Assembly: GCA_965223415.1 (NCBI GenBank)
Contig: OZ245002.1
Coordinates: 96,001-160,000, forward strand
Direction of reading: 5' to 3'
DNA from: Myxococcota bacterium
GTDB lineage: Bacteria > Myxococcota_A > UBA9160 > UBA6930
Length of the DNA stretch: 64,000 nucleotides
The translations under genes were made by a program, and so were the position numbers. Of the stretch, positions 1 to 9,265 are shown one piece after another. The notes under the pieces are model-generated. The model made no database searches. It was not told the origin of the DNA and saw only the letters and a program-made list of their open reading frames with translations. Numbering within the stretch: position 1 is the first letter of the stretch; each line of letters starts with the position of its first letter.

Positions 1-417
1 CTGCTCCTTCCCGATCTCCTCGATGATCTCGATCATCTTCGCCTGGAGCGGCTGGAGGATCCGCCCCTGGTCGATCTTGAATTGGCCCTCGAGCTCCTTC
101 AGGCGGCTCTCGATCTGGTTCGTGAGCTCGGCCATCTCGACCTGCTTGTCGAAGAGGGCCTTCTCCGAGAGCACATACTTCTTGCCGCGGATCTCTTCCT
201 GCATCGCATTGCGCCGCTCGACCATCGGCTGGAGCTCGGTCTGCGCTTCGCGCTCCTTGCGTGCGAGCTCCTCCCGGGCGGCCTTGCCCTCGTCGGTGGA
301 GGAAAGGGCCTGCTGCATGTCCACCACGCCGATCTTGAGGCCGTCGTCGGCGCCGGTGGAGGCGAGAGCCAGGGTGGCCAGAGCGGCCACCATCAGCCAC
401 TGAATGCGTCGCGTCAT
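1..417 (-). CDS. skp: OmpH/Skp periplasmic chaperone (3' end runs off the window)
   Basis: Not in ORF track. Manual translation MTRRIQWLMVAALATLALASTGADDGLKIGVVDMQQALSSTDEGKAAREEL... gives a signal peptide, KIGVVD motif and coiled coil. GGAG RBS upstream; directly downstream of bamA. Confidence 0.88.
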   Translation of the reverse strand, partial: MTRRIQWLMVAALATLALASTGADDGLKIGVVDMQQALSSTDEGKAAREELARKEREAQTELQPMVERRNAMQEEIRGKKYVLSEKALFDKQVEMAELTNQIESRLKELEGQFKIDQGRILQPLQAKMIEIIEEIGKEQ

Positions 418-448
418 CGTGCTTGACTCCTGTTGGGTGCCGGTGGCC

Positions 449-3400
449 CTAGAAGGTCGCGCCGCCGACGGAGAACTCGAAGACCTGCCCGTCTTCGACC
501 TCCAGCTTGTTGATGGGGAAGCCCACGAAGGCCTGGAGCGGCCCGAAGGGCGAGAACCACTGCACGCCGAAGCCGGTGCCGAAGCGCCAGTCGGCGAACT
601 CGAGAAGAGTCTGGGTCTCGTCGAAGGCGTTGCCCATGTCGAGGAACAGGATCCCCATGAGGCCCAGCGACTCGGAAATCGGGAAGCGGTACTCGACGGT
701 GGCGGAGAGGAACTTGTTGCCGCCGATCACGTCGGTTTCGTCGAGGTCGTCGAAGTCGTCGATGTCTTCGTCGAAGATGCTGTTGCACTCGCCGTCGCCG
801 TCGCCCTGCTCCGGGATGAAGGCGTCCTCGAAATCGGCGCACAGCCCGCCGAAGAGTGCGCTGCGGCCGACGGGCGTGAAGAGGTCGCCGGTGCCGAACA
901 GCCCGATCCGCTTCAGCACGGCCCGGCGCGGACCGACCGACCGGGCCTTGTAGCCGCGCAGCTGGTAGGTGCCGATGCCGCCCAGGAAGTAGCGCTCGGT
1001 CAGCGGAAGGGTGATGTCCTCGTCGATGTTCTGGAGCGGTTGGATCTCGCTCCCCGGAGCCGTCTCGATGTCTCTCGTGTCGAAGCTGAAGTCCGAGAGG
1101 TCGTTGAACGGCACCGCCCAGCCGCCGCGCAGGCCGAGCACCCAGGCCGACTCGTCGCGGAAGGGCACCCAGCCGGGCATCCACTCCGGGTTCTCGAAGA
1201 ACCAGCTTCCCCTTCCCTCGAAGCGGACGTACTGGGCGAAGCCCAGCAGCCCGGCGAGGTCGGCGGAGAGCCCCCAGACGGCGCCCCCGGTGGGCGCGAT
1301 GCGGTCGTTGCGGGTGTCGCGCTGGACCGTGAGCCCCACCAGACTCGTGCTCTCGGTACCACCGAGGAGTTCGCGGAAGATGACGCCGGCGGCGTTGAAG
1401 CCGCCGCGCTCGGAGATGTCCCGCGCCGCATAGCTGTAGCGGACCGAGCCGCGGGTCCGATGGTCTTCGTCGAGCCAGTGGGAGAGGTTGAAGTCGATGC
1501 CGGTCTGCTCCTGCTCGAAGTCCTGGAATTCGAGGTCCGTGCTGAAGATCGACGTGGAGAGCCCGAAGGTGGACCCCATGAAGTAGGGATCGCTGAAGGA
1601 GAGGAAGAAGCGGGTGCTGCGGCCTCCGATGTCCGCCGAGAGCGCCAGGCCGTAGCCCCGACCGAACAGGTTCGCCTGGGAGACGGAGCCCGAGATCACG
1701 AACTTGTCGAGGGACGAGAAGCCCGCGCCGAAGGAGAGGGAACCGGTCGGCCGCTCGATCACCCGCACCTCGAGATCGAGCTGGTCCTCGAAGTCGGTGA
1801 GCTTGGCGTCGAGGGAGATGTCCTCGAAGAAGCCGAGGCCGCGGATGCGGCGGTTCGCCATGCGCATCTGGCGTGCCGAGTAGAGCTCGCCCTCGACGGT
1901 GGGCACCTCCCGGCGGATCACCGGGTCGACGGTGTTCGTGTTGCCGGCGATGTCGATCTCGCGGATGAAGTAGAGCGGGCCCTTCGCCACCTCGAAGGTC
2001 ACCTCGACCTTCTGGTTCTCCTCGTCCACGCGGGTGAGGGGCGCCACCTCGGCCTGGTAGAAGCCGCGATCCGTGTAGAACTCCTCGAGCTCCTTCACGT
2101 CCGCGTTGAGTGAGGAGCGGCTGAAGGGCTCTTCGGTCTTGAGGCTGAGGCGCTCGCGCAGCTCTTCCACGTCGACCGAGTCGTCGCCGGCCACGTCGAC
2201 GAGGCCGGTCTCGAACCGGAGGCCCTCCTGGATCTCCACGCTCACTTCGAGACCTTCCTCCACCGGCGTCACCTGCGGATCGCCGACCTCCACCTGGATG
2301 AAGCCCGCGTCCAGGTACTTCGACTGGAGGGTCTGGAGATCCTGCAGGAAGACGGGCTCGGAGTATGTGCCGGAGCGGTCGAGGTACTTCGTGACGTAGG
2401 AGTACCACTGCCAGCTCCGCGTCTTGAGGCCGCGGCTCAGCTCCTCGTCGGTGAAGTGATCGTTGCCCTCGAAGGCGATCTTCATGAGCGTGAGCTTGTC
2501 GTTCTCCTCCACCTCGAAATGCACGGAGACGGCGTCGGGGCCTGTCTCCTCGATCTCGTAGCGGACCTTGGCCAGGTAGTAGCCTTCGGCGCGGTAGAGG
2601 GCCTCGATGCGCTCTCGATTCTCGAAGAGCAGCGGGAGGTCGAGGGTGGAGCCCGTGGTCAGGGTGAGGTTGTCGCGGATCTTCTCGCCGTCCACGTTCT
2701 CGTTGCCGGCGATCGACACCTGACGGATGACCGGGTTCTCCTCCACCTGGAAGGTGACGATGCGGCCGTCGATGCCGTCGTCGGCGAGCACCCGCACGTC
2801 GCGAAAGAAGCCCAGGCCGTAGATCTCCCGCACGTCGTCGGCGACACGTCGCGGATCGTAGGGATCGCCGGCCTTGCTGGTGACCCGCGCGCGGATCGCG
2901 CCCTCCTCGATCCGGCGGTTGCCCTCGATGCGAACCTCGCCGATGGGATCGCGGGCCACCTGCGTCTCGCCGAGGGGAAGGATCCGCTCGGTAGGGACGA
3001 GCCGGTAGACCACCCGCACGCCCTCCCGCCCGCGCTCGGTCTGGACGGTGACGGAGGCGATGCCCGGGATGCCGCGCAGGGTCTCCAGGTCGTCGCGGAC
3101 GGCCGCGCTGTCGTAGGCGGCGCCCGGCTGCATGCGCAACCGCTGCTGCGTGTCCTCCGGCAGGTCCGGGACGCCGGTGACCTCCACTGCGAGGACCCGC
3201 GCCCGGGAGGTCCCCTCGCCCACGATCGCCAGCACCCGGCTGGCCAGCTCGTTGATGCGGTCGAGGAGAGCGTCGTCGTCCGCAGCGGTGAAGACCATCG
3301 TCGAGGTGGCGACGCGGCTCTCCACCGGCGTCACCCGCACGTCGAGGCTGTACTGGCCGGCGAGCTCGGTGAGACTTCCAACCACCACGAAATCGGCCCC

Positions 3401-3700
3401 GAGCTCCCCGGCCAGGCGCCGCACCAGGGTCTCGGTGCGCTCACCCGGGTAGGCGACCAGGGTCTCGCGGACGGTCAGGGCTTCGACCACCTCGACCTTC
3501 TCGCTGGCCTCGAGCCGGGTGGCGAGGAGATCCGCCAGCGAGTCCTCCAGGTAGTCCAACGGCTCGGCGCTGTGGACCTCGAAGGGCAGCACCGCCACCA
3601 CCACGCGCACCGCGTTCTGGGCGAGGGCCCCGGCGGGAAGCAGCAGCGCGAGGAGCAGCGCCAGAGCGGGGCCGAGCGCGAGGGATCGCTGGAAACGCAA
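449..3700 (-). CDS. bamA: Outer membrane protein assembly factor BamA with extra N-terminal domain
   Basis: POTRA repeats (IEGNRRIE, IAGNENVD, FEGNDHF, IAGNTNT), LRGY loop motif, C-terminal WFSPFGPL...FEFSVGGATF. Likely TTG start at 3700 after GGAG; the track ORF extends to 3814. Confidence 0.95.
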   Translation of the reverse strand: MRFQRSLALGPALALLLALLLPAGALAQNAVRVVVAVLPFEVHSAEPLDYLEDSLADLLATRLEASEKVEVVEALTVRETLVAYPGERTETLVRRLAGELGADFVVVGSLTELAGQYSLDVRVTPVESRVATSTMVFTAADDDALLDRINELASRVLAIVGEGTSRARVLAVEVTGVPDLPEDTQQRLRMQPGAAYDSAAVRDDLETLRGIPGIASVTVQTERGREGVRVVYRLVPTERILPLGETQVARDPIGEVRIEGNRRIEEGAIRARVTSKAGDPYDPRRVADDVREIYGLGFFRDVRVLADDGIDGRIVTFQVEENPVIRQVSIAGNENVDGEKIRDNLTLTTGSTLDLPLLFENRERIEALYRAEGYYLAKVRYEIEETGPDAVSVHFEVEENDKLTLMKIAFEGNDHFTDEELSRGLKTRSWQWYSYVTKYLDRSGTYSEPVFLQDLQTLQSKYLDAGFIQVEVGDPQVTPVEEGLEVSVEIQEGLRFETGLVDVAGDDSVDVEELRERLSLKTEEPFSRSSLNADVKELEEFYTDRGFYQAEVAPLTRVDEENQKVEVTFEVAKGPLYFIREIDIAGNTNTVDPVIRREVPTVEGELYSARQMRMANRRIRGLGFFEDISLDAKLTDFEDQLDLEVRVIERPTGSLSFGAGFSSLDKFVISGSVSQANLFGRGYGLALSADIGGRSTRFFLSFSDPYFMGSTFGLSTSIFSTDLEFQDFEQEQTGIDFNLSHWLDEDHRTRGSVRYSYAARDISERGGFNAAGVIFRELLGGTESTSLVGLTVQRDTRNDRIAPTGGAVWGLSADLAGLLGFAQYVRFEGRGSWFFENPEWMPGWVPFRDESAWVLGLRGGWAVPFNDLSDFSFDTRDIETAPGSEIQPLQNIDEDITLPLTERYFLGGIGTYQLRGYKARSVGPRRAVLKRIGLFGTGDLFTPVGRSALFGGLCADFEDAFIPEQGDGDGECNSIFDEDIDDFDDLDETDVIGGNKFLSATVEYRFPISESLGLMGILFLDMGNAFDETQTLLEFADWRFGTGFGVQWFSPFGPLQAFVGFPINKLEVEDGQVFEFSVGGATF

Positions 3701-3844
3701 CGTGAGGTTCTCCACCTGGTGGATGCGTGCGTGAGGCCTGGGGGAGAGCCGTCGCAGGGGATCGGAGGCCAGCGCCACGGCGTCGGTTCCCCCTCCGGTC
3801 GGGCGCCCCCCCATGCCGCGGCGAGGCTGCCCCGGCGGCGCGAC

Positions 3845-3873
3845 AGTCTACTCGCAGCGGAACGACGAAGCAA
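3845..3873 (-). promoter_or_regulatory. sigma70-type promoter for bamA-skp
   Basis: Minus strand TTGCTT-N17-TAGACT in the lolD-bamA intergenic region. Confidence 0.55.
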
Positions 3874-3917
3874 CCCGGCGGAGAGGACCTTTCCCCTTCA
3901 AAATCCGGGAGTTACGT

Positions 3918-4628
3918 TCAATTCCGCGGTTCGGCGGGAATCCCGATGGCGGGCTCGAGGCGCCCCCCATCCAGGGTGACGCCCCGGCCCAGGCGGGCGG
4001 CCAGGGCCTCGTTGTGGGTGACGACCACCAGGGCCGTGCCCCGGCGCTCGTTCAGGTCGAGGAGCAGGTCGGCCACCCGGTCACCGGTGGCCGGGTCGAG
4101 GTTGCCGGTGGGCTCGTCCGCCAGCACGAGCGGCGGATCGAGCACGAGCGCCCGCGCCACCGCCACCCGTTGCCGCTCGCCGCCGGAGAGCTTGCCCACC
4201 GGGTGGCGGGCGCGGTGGGTCATCTCCACTTCGGCCAGGATCGCGGCCGCACGCTCGCTCATCTCCCCCATGCCGGTCCCGCGCAGGAGTCCGGGCATCA
4301 TCACGTTCTCCTGGGCCGTGAACTCGGGCAGCAGGTGATGGAACTGGAAGACGAAGCCCAGGGACGCATTGCGGAACTCGGCCAGGCTCTCCGGATCCTT
4401 GGCGAAGACGTCCTCGCCGCGGAAGAGCACGTGGCCGGAGGTCGGATGGTCGAGGGTGCCCAGGATGTGCAGGAGCGTCGACTTCCCGATGCCCGACTGG
4501 CCCAAGATCGCCAGCCGCTCACCGGCGGCGACCGAGAGCTCGAGATCCCGCAGCACGGAGATCTCGCCCTCTCCCGTGTGGAAGCTCTTGGAGACGGCGC
4601 GAGCCTCGAGAAGGAGCGCCTCCATCAC
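3918..4628 (-). CDS. lolD: Lipoprotein-releasing ABC transporter ATPase
   Basis: GQSGIGKST, GFVFQFHHLLPEF, LSGGERQR, ADEPTGNLD; next to lolE and bamA. Confidence 0.93.
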   Translation of the reverse strand: MMEALLLEARAVSKSFHTGEGEISVLRDLELSVAAGERLAILGQSGIGKSTLLHILGTLDHPTSGHVLFRGEDVFAKDPESLAEFRNASLGFVFQFHHLLPEFTAQENVMMPGLLRGTGMGEMSERAAAILAEVEMTHRARHPVGKLSGGERQRVAVARALVLDPPLVLADEPTGNLDPATGDRVADLLLDLNERRGTALVVVTHNEALAARLGRGVTLDGGRLEPAIGIPAEPRN

Positions 4629-6634
4629 TCGTACCGCAGCGCTTCGGCGGGATCGAGGCGGGCGCCGTGGCGCGAGGGCAGCAGGGTCGCGCCCAGCGAG
4701 AGCACCATCGCCATCGCCACCACCACGGCCACCTGGCCCACGTCGATCTCCGACGGCAGGGTCGAGAACTGGTAGATCGCGGCGGGAAGGGTGTCGATGC
4801 CGGTCAGGGCCTCGATCTGGCGCTGCACCCAGGCGAGCTGGGTCGTGACGGCGATGCCGGCGATCACGCCCACCGCCGTGCCCAGGAGCCCGATCAGCGT
4901 GCCCTCGATCGCGAAGATGCGCTCCACCATAGCGTCGCTGGCGCCCATCGCCTTCAGGATCGCGATGTCACTCGACTTCTCCATGATCATCATGACCAGG
5001 GTCACGACGATGGCGAAGGTGGCGACGACCATGATCATCGCCAGCAGCAGGAACATCATCACCCGCTCGTTCTTGAGCGCCTGGAAGAAGGACGGGAAGA
5101 GCTCCTTCCAGTCGCGGGTGAAGAAGGGGAAGCCCAGCACACCCTCGATGTGCCGGCCGACCTTGCTCGAGCGGTAGTAGTCGGTGGTGCGAACCTCGAT
5201 GCCGTGGACCACGTCGTCCACCCGCCGGAAGTCCTGGGCCGCTTCGAGGCTCGTGTAGGTGAAGATCTCGTCGTACTGGAAGAAGCTCGACTGGAAGACC
5301 CCGGCGACCCGGAAGCGCTTGAGCCGTGGGCTCGGCCCGAGCGGCGTCGGCGGGCCGCCGAAGGGAGAGATCAGCATCAGCTCGTCGCCCACTCCGACGC
5401 CAATGTGATGGGCCAGCTGGCTGCCGATCACGATGCCCGGATCCGGAGGTGCGCCGCCGTTGTCCCGCGGCCGTGGCGCCAGGTTCTCGAGGGCGTACTC
5501 GGAGCCGGGCAGCAGGTCGTCGCCGAGGTCCGTCACCTGGGTGATCCGCTGGGGATCGATGCCCCGCACGCGAACGCCGACGATCTCCCCCTCGCGCCCG
5601 CGCACCATGCCCTCCCCGTCGATGAAGGGCGAGGCGCCGACCACTTCGTCGAGGCCGTCCAGGGTTCGCAGCACCTCCCGGTAGTTCTCGATCGGGCCGA
5701 GGGGGCTCTGCACCGTCAGGTGCGCCCGGTTGCCGATGATCTCCTCCCGCCAGGTGCGTTCGAAGCCGTTCATCACCGAGAGCACGGTGATGATCAGCCA
5801 CACCCCGGCGGCGACGCCCACGACGCAGATCCCGGTGATCACCGAGATGAAGGTCTGCCGCCGCTTCGCGAACAGGTAGCGCCTGGCGATGAACCACTCG
5901 GCCGTGCCGCGGGTATCGAGCAGGCCGGCGGCTGCGAGGGGAAGCAGGCCCAGCAGCACGAAGGCGAAGAAGCCCGACAGGAGGGACTGGCCGAGGACGA
6001 AGAGCTCCGGCTCGGGCTGCTGCACGGCCAGGGGCACACCCACGCCCAGGCTGAGCACCACCGCGAGGGTGAGCGCGAGGCGCTCGTCGTTGCCGGGCTC
6101 CGTGGTTGCGGCGCTCCGGGCGGCCCGGCGCAGGCGCCTCCAGCGGAAGAGCGCGAAGGCCGCCCAGGCCACTGCCGCCGGCGCCACCGCGTAGCCGAGC
6201 TGGTCGAGCCCGCCGACCATGAACGCGTAGCCCACCGCCAGCAGGACGACGCTGCCCATCCCGAGGGCCCGCGGCGAGACGAAGCGCAGGAGCGCCGCGA
6301 CCAGGAGCTGGGCGATCACGAGCAGCGCGAGGGCAGCGGCCGTCACCCCGAGCCAGGCCTGGAAGGCGCCGGGCCACTCGGGCCCGAGCGCCTCGAACCA
6401 CTCGCGGTCGAGACCGCGCGTGCCGATCAGGGCCGCCCACAGGAGGGTCACGATCACGATCGATGTGAAACGGTGGGTGGCGCGGGCGAAGCGCTCGAGC
6501 ACGACCACCGCCGAGCCCAGGAAGAGGAGCAGGTTCACCGCGATCCCCAGCGCGAGGGCGACGATGAACGTGAGCGCCAGCGAGCCGCCGGCAGCGCTCA
6601 GGAACGACCAGAGGTCGGCAGCGAGCGGTCCCAC
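4625..6634 (-). CDS. lolE: Lipoprotein-releasing ABC transporter permease LolC/E with about 240 aa hydrophobic N-terminal extension
   Basis: FIARRYL...TVLSVMNGFE, IAILKAMGA, LDPAEALRYE. Confidence 0.88.
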   Translation of the reverse strand: MGPLAADLWSFLSAAGGSLALTFIVALALGIAVNLLLFLGSAVVVLERFARATHRFTSIVIVTLLWAALIGTRGLDREWFEALGPEWPGAFQAWLGVTAAALALLVIAQLLVAALLRFVSPRALGMGSVVLLAVGYAFMVGGLDQLGYAVAPAAVAWAAFALFRWRRLRRAARSAATTEPGNDERLALTLAVVLSLGVGVPLAVQQPEPELFVLGQSLLSGFFAFVLLGLLPLAAAGLLDTRGTAEWFIARRYLFAKRRQTFISVITGICVVGVAAGVWLIITVLSVMNGFERTWREEIIGNRAHLTVQSPLGPIENYREVLRTLDGLDEVVGASPFIDGEGMVRGREGEIVGVRVRGIDPQRITQVTDLGDDLLPGSEYALENLAPRPRDNGGAPPDPGIVIGSQLAHHIGVGVGDELMLISPFGGPPTPLGPSPRLKRFRVAGVFQSSFFQYDEIFTYTSLEAAQDFRRVDDVVHGIEVRTTDYYRSSKVGRHIEGVLGFPFFTRDWKELFPSFFQALKNERVMMFLLLAMIMVVATFAIVVTLVMMIMEKSSDIAILKAMGASDAMVERIFAIEGTLIGLLGTAVGVIAGIAVTTQLAWVQRQIEALTGIDTLPAAIYQFSTLPSEIDVGQVAVVVAMAMVLSLGATLLPSRHGARLDPAEALRYE

Positions 6635-6637
6635 GCT

Positions 6638-8116
6638 TCAGTCGCCCTCGGGCCGGAGGTGGGGAAAGAGGATCACCTCCCGCAGGTTGGGGGCGTCGGC
6701 GAGGATCATCACCAGGCGGTCCACTCCGATGCCGAGGCCTCCGGTCGGGGGCATGCCGTGCTCCAGGGCCAGCAGGAACGCCTCGTCCATGGGATGCGCC
6801 TCCTCGTCCCCTTGTTCCCGCGCCTCCGCCATCGCGAGGAAGCGCTGCCTCTGATCGTCCGGGTCGTTGAGCTCGCTGAAGGCGTTTCCGATCTCCATGC
6901 CCGCCACGAAGGGCTCGAAGCGCTCGACCAGCCGGGGATCCTCCGAGGAGCGCTTGGCGAGGGGAGACAGCTCCACCGGGTGGTTCGTGACGAAGGTGGG
7001 CTGGATCAGCTCGGGCTCGACGCGCTCCGAGAAGAGGTCGTCGACCAGCACGGCCCAGGTGGGCGCGTCGCCCGGGTCCATGCCCTGGGCGCGCACCGCG
7101 GCCTGCAGCGAGGCGAGGTCCGGCGAGGCCAGGATGTCCACGCCGGTCGTCTCGGCGATCGCGTCGCGGATCGTCACGCGCGGCCACGGCGGGGCGAACT
7201 CGAGCTTGGTGCCCTGGAACTCGACGCTCGTCGTCCCGAGCACGCGCCGGGCGACGAAGCCCACCATCGCCTCGGTGAGCTCCATCATGTCCCGGTAGTC
7301 GGCGAAGGCCTCGTAGCACTCGAGCATGGTGAACTCGGGGTTGTGCTTCTTCGAGATGCCCTCGTTGCGAAAGTTGTGGCCGATCTCGTACACGCGATCG
7401 AGGCCGCCGATCACCAGCCGCTTCAGGTAGAGCTCGTCCGAGATGCGCAGGTAGAGCGGCTGGTCGAAGAGCCGATGGTGGGTCGTGAAGGGCTCCGCCG
7501 CCGCGCCCCCGTAGATCGGCTGGAGCACCGGCGTCTCCACCTCGAGGAAGCCCCGCTCGTCGAGGAAGGCGCGCAGGGACGAGATGACCCGACTGCGCAG
7601 GAGCGCGGTCGCGCGGGCCTCCTCGTTCGAGAGCAGGTCGAGGTAGCGCTGGCGGTAGCGGGTCTCCACGTCCGCCAGCCCGTGCCACTTCTCGGGCAGG
7701 GGCTGGAGGCATTTGGCGAGCATGGTCACGTCGCGGGCGTCCAGGGTGAGCTCACCTTTCTGGGTGCGCCACACGACACCCTCGGCCCGCACGAAGTCGC
7801 CCACGTCGAGCTTCTTGGCGAAGGCGAAGACCTCGGGGGCCACCTCCTGCTTGCGCAGGCTCACCTGCATGGCGGCCCCGTCGTCCACCAGGGTCATGAA
7901 AAGGAGCTTGCCGAAGGAGCGATGGGCCCGGACGCGCCCGGCGATGGCGCCGGCGGGCTTCTCCGCCTCCAGGCTCTCGGCGCTGGCGTCCTCGAAGGGG
8001 GCCCGCAGCTCCGCGATCGGCGTCCGCGGTGCCACCCGCGCAGGGAACGGATCGACGCCCTCGGCGCGCAGGGCCTCGAGCCGGTCGCGCCGGGCTTCCC
8101 GTTCCTTGTCACTCAT
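6638..8116 (-). CDS. lysS: Lysyl-tRNA synthetase (class II)
   Basis: RYRQRYLDL, FRNEGISKKHNPEFTMLE, GMPPTGGLGIGVDRL. Start MSDKERE overlaps the prfB stop (ATGA). Confidence 0.97.
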   Translation of the reverse strand: MSDKEREARRDRLEALRAEGVDPFPARVAPRTPIAELRAPFEDASAESLEAEKPAGAIAGRVRAHRSFGKLLFMTLVDDGAAMQVSLRKQEVAPEVFAFAKKLDVGDFVRAEGVVWRTQKGELTLDARDVTMLAKCLQPLPEKWHGLADVETRYRQRYLDLLSNEEARATALLRSRVISSLRAFLDERGFLEVETPVLQPIYGGAAAEPFTTHHRLFDQPLYLRISDELYLKRLVIGGLDRVYEIGHNFRNEGISKKHNPEFTMLECYEAFADYRDMMELTEAMVGFVARRVLGTTSVEFQGTKLEFAPPWPRVTIRDAIAETTGVDILASPDLASLQAAVRAQGMDPGDAPTWAVLVDDLFSERVEPELIQPTFVTNHPVELSPLAKRSSEDPRLVERFEPFVAGMEIGNAFSELNDPDDQRQRFLAMAEAREQGDEEAHPMDEAFLLALEHGMPPTGGLGIGVDRLVMILADAPNLREVILFPHLRPEGD

Positions 8117-9265
8117 TGGGAGCTCCCGGCATGGCTCGCGCTCTTCCAGAGCAGGGTGGCGCGAATGAACTTGTCGAGCTGGCCGTCCAGTACGGCCTGG
8201 GCGTTGCCGGCCTCGACGCCGGTGCGGTGATCCTTCACCCGTTGGGCGGGATGTAGCGTGTACGAGCGAATCTGGCTGCCGAAGCCGATCTCCTGCTTCT
8301 CCCCTCGCATGGCGGCGAGCTTCTCCTCCTGCTCGCGCCGGTGGTGCTCGTAGAGCCGGGCCTTCAGCACCTTCATGGCCTGGGCCCGGTTCTTGTGCTG
8401 GGATCGCTCGTTCTGGCACTGCACCACGATGCCCGTGGGCTCGTGGGTGATGCGCACGGCGGAGTCGGTCTTGTTCACGTGCTGGCCGCCGGCCCCCCCG
8501 GCCCGGTAGGTGTCGATGCGCAGGTCGTTCTCGTCCACCTCCACGTCGATCTCGTCGTTGAGCTCGGGGAAAACGGACACGCTGGCGAAGGCCGTGTGCC
8601 GGCGATGCTGGGCGTCGAAGGGCGAGATGCGCACGAGCCGGTGCACCCCCTCCTCCGCCTTCAGGTAGCCGAAAGCGAAGTCGCCGCTCACGGTCAGCGT
8701 GACGCTTCGCAGGCCGGCCTCGTCACCGGCCTGGACCGAGAGGATCTCGCTCTTCATCTCCCGGTCCTCGGCCCAGCGCAGGTACATGCGCAGGAGCATC
8801 TCGGCCCAGTCGGCGGCGTCGGTGCCGCCGGCGCCGGCGTTGATCTCCACGATGGCGCCGGCCGCGTCGTGCTCGCCGCCGAGCATGGCGTGGAGCTCCG
8901 CATCCGCGAGCCGCCCCTCCGCCTGGCCGAGCTTCTCCGCCACCTCGCCGAGGGTCTCCTCGTCGTCGGCCTCCTGGGCCAGCTCGAGCAGCACCTCGGC
9001 GTCGGAGAAGGCCAGCTCGATGCCATCCACCAGCTCGAGCTCCCGTTCCACGCGCCGCTTCTCCTTGAGGAGCTGCTCGGCTTTCTCCCGGTCGTCCCAG
9101 AGGTCCGGCCGCGCCGACGCCTCCTCCAACTCTTCGTGCTTCTTCCTCAGCGCCGCTTCGTCAAAGACGCCCCCGGAACTCGGAGAAGCGCGTCTGCAGG
9201 CCATGCAGGCGCTCGCGGAGCTCAGCGGCGTCGAGAGGAGGAGGAGTCGCTGCGTTCTCGGTCAT
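8113..9265 (-). CDS. prfB: Peptide chain release factor 2, with programmed +1 frameshift at CTT TGA C (9160-9166)
   Basis: GGQ and SPF motifs. Frame-0 leader MTENAA...SEFRGRL* from ATG 9265; shift site CGG GGG CGT CTT TGA C. Confidence 0.96.

Noticed and set aside
4667..8230. Very long plus-strand ORFs (also 404..2113, 36781..39981, 43206..46241, 56456..59182)
   Set aside because: Antisense shadows of well-supported minus-strand genes in high-GC DNA; no recognisable motifs.
8113..9265. prfB as a pseudogene
   Set aside because: The internal TGA is the canonical programmed frameshift site.
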